A stretch of DNA of 64,000 nucleotides from Octopus sinensis. Taxonomy: Eukaryota. The translations under genes were made by a program, and so were the position numbers. The DNA lies in the NCBI RefSeq assembly GCF_006345805.1, contig NC_043000.1, positions 26,908,001-26,972,000 of the forward strand. Direction: 5' to 3'. Of this stretch, positions 61,694-64,000 are shown piece after piece; position 1 is the stretch's first letter; each line of letters opens with the position of its first letter. Below the pieces are notes generated by a model. It was not told the DNA's origin. It worked only from the letters and a program-made list of their open reading frames with translations, and made no database searches.

Positions 61694-64000
61694 GTCGACC
61701 TCTCCACAACCACTACCACCACCACCACCACCACCACCACCACTTCACCTCTCCCGTAGTGAGAAATTTTATAACATCTCACCGCTGCCAGAGACACGCC
61801 ATCTCTCGCAATGCCAAATATCACAAGATCTGCGGCCCTGGCTTCCTAAACAGCGAAGGCATTAGCAACAATGTTAGCATTAACTGCAAGTGCTGCATCC
61901 AAGCTTCTACAAAGATCGACTTATTTAGCAATGCAGCAAGGCTATCAGAAATTGCTGAGATACTGAAGACAAATATTAAACTGACGAAAGGAGGAAGGGT
62001 GGAAGTAAATCGGGCCGAGCCGGAAACATTATAGAACAAACATAAAGTTGTACAATAAGCTCTCAACACATAGAACTAAAAAACAGACTGTTGGACGTCC
62101 ATGTAGAAAGATGCTCGAAATGTGTTATGAGTTCAATCATTATTAGAGGCAGATCAACATGAACAGGTGACGTCAGAAATCTCTCGAAGATCGGGATAAA
62201 AGTCCATTCCACAACTTCTCTCAAGTAACTTTTGGGAGAGGCTGTGGAATCATTATACTATATATCTTCTTCCTACTAGGTTAGAGTCTTTGGTTCCACG
62301 TCGAAATGTACTTTCCTTATATCTTTGCATGGCCATTGCCCAGATGAATTTTCTAGACAATTTTCCTTGGAGAAGACATTTAAAAAGTCACTTGCTTCTC
62401 TTCCCAGGAGCATCGTCACCTTGTTGATATTCGTGTCAGTCATAAGTCATTTTATTCTCATAACTTCTCTCCTCGAACTGCTGGTTACTGTTATTCATTT
62501 TCATCGTATCTTTTTCCTCTTCTGCATAATATTCAGTCCTTTATGTTTGGCTTTTTCATTCCACTTCTTCATTTTTTGAATTTGCAGATTATTATTTTCT
62601 TTCCTTCTTCCTTACGCTTTCGTGACCTGGAGAATTTTGAGGAAGCAGAGTTTTATAAAATCTCGGTCGACACGTGGCGAGCGAGAAGATGGTAAGATGT
62701 GCTGCCAGATAGAAGCATCTATTGATCAGTTACGGATGTATTGACCAATATTGCAGTAGAGGTCAGCATGGCAGCGGAAGATAGAAATATGTGATGCGAC
62801 ATACGTCGCACTGGATCCCACAGCAAACGGTGTGTGAAAACAAATCCCTACAGCTCAGATCACAAGTACAAGCTACAACACCGACAGCAATGTGTAACCA
62901 CAAAAAAATCAAGGACTGCAACAGTTGCAGTATCAAAATCAAATCTCAACCAACATCAGGATCCCAACGAATAATAGCAAATTCGTCTTCATCAGTAATA
63001 ACAGTATCATTCAGAATTGAAGCATTATAAACAACAAAAGAGGTAAAAGCAATAGCTGGAACCTCTATGGCAACAGCAACTACAACAGAATGGGCCATAG
63101 AATATTTCGTAGTATACCCCGTCGACAACAAAATACAAACATTATTTCATTCTGATGCGACATTTTATCTCTCATCTCCTCTTCATCAGAGTCAACATAT
63201 TCGGTATGTATGGATAACTCGAAAGCTGAAGTGTTTAATGGATTAGTATTTGTTCAAGGATATGAGAGAGTTTTTAATTAGCCTCAGGCTACCGGAAAAA
63301 CTGGGTTACTCACTTTACCGCCAGTTTGAGGTAAGTGACTGTTTTTATCCCAGGTCTTATCCCACTTTCATCCAATTAACCTACACAAAACGGGAGTAAG
63401 ATATATATGAACTGGAGTCGCATTGGAAACAATACTATTTGGTTAACAATCTCAGGTCAATAAATATAGATGTAATAGGAACAAGAATTTCGTAGACGCA
63501 CACACTGGCATGAGCCTCCAACGATGCAAAGTACGTATAATTTTTTGTCAGTCTGAATTAGAAGGCGCAGTAACATTTGTTTCGGAAAGCTTAGATCAAG
63601 AGTTATGGAGATTGTTCCCGGGCCCGTATACTATGTCAGAAGTTCTGGACATGAGCAGAAGCGAAGATAGTACATTTGGATAAGGGACTATGTGACCCGA
63701 TATGACCAGTATGGCAGATTTCATCAGACATCTGGAAATACTTGGGGGAAGTTCCGCTCTTTAGTGCCAGTGAAAGTCCGGTGTTATGTAGATGCCATCT
63801 AGTACTGCGTGGGTGTATCTGGTATAAGAGTAGATGTGAAAGCCCGACAAACTTGCCCAAACTGTTCTAAATGTGTGAGAGCTATCGACCGAATTACTCA
63901 AGTGCGCTTCTGTCATGAAGCAACCGCATCATGTATCTAGATAGTATATTTCTAAGGTTATCGGACAGTGACAGCTTAAAATATCTTTAATCTCGAAGTG

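Overview
AT-rich, repeat-saturated eukaryotic DNA whose repeats point to an octopus (coleoid cephalopod) genome. This assignment is inferred from the (TA)n/(TAA)n/(CA)n/(TATG)n microsatellite load and the SINE families, recalled from memory and not searched. No host protein-coding gene can be supported; nearly all ORF-track entries are translated microsatellites or antisense frames. Recognisable elements: (i) four tRNA-headed SINE families, here called A-D, where B is a CORE-type SINE with an internal microsatellite; (ii) a 5'-truncated R4/Dong-clade non-LTR element (CCHC + PD-(D/E)xK endonuclease) in a cluster of (TAA)n arrays with older relatives and a non-coding TAA-flanked element; (iii) a 2.4 kb 5'-truncated CR1-group LINE and other LINE fragments (RTE, CR1-group, ORF1); (iv) two Penelope-like element remnants and several hammerhead-ribozyme-like motifs; (v) a full-length dead mariner and a deleted one; (vi) four long fold-back hairpins. 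The most interesting observations are: SINE A repeatedly inserted at one fixed internal position of its own family; a twin-priming-type 5' inversion in an RTE LINE; a 3' motif shared by the CR1-group LINE and SINE B; and minimal type I hammerheads, one with a compensatory U3:A8 core.
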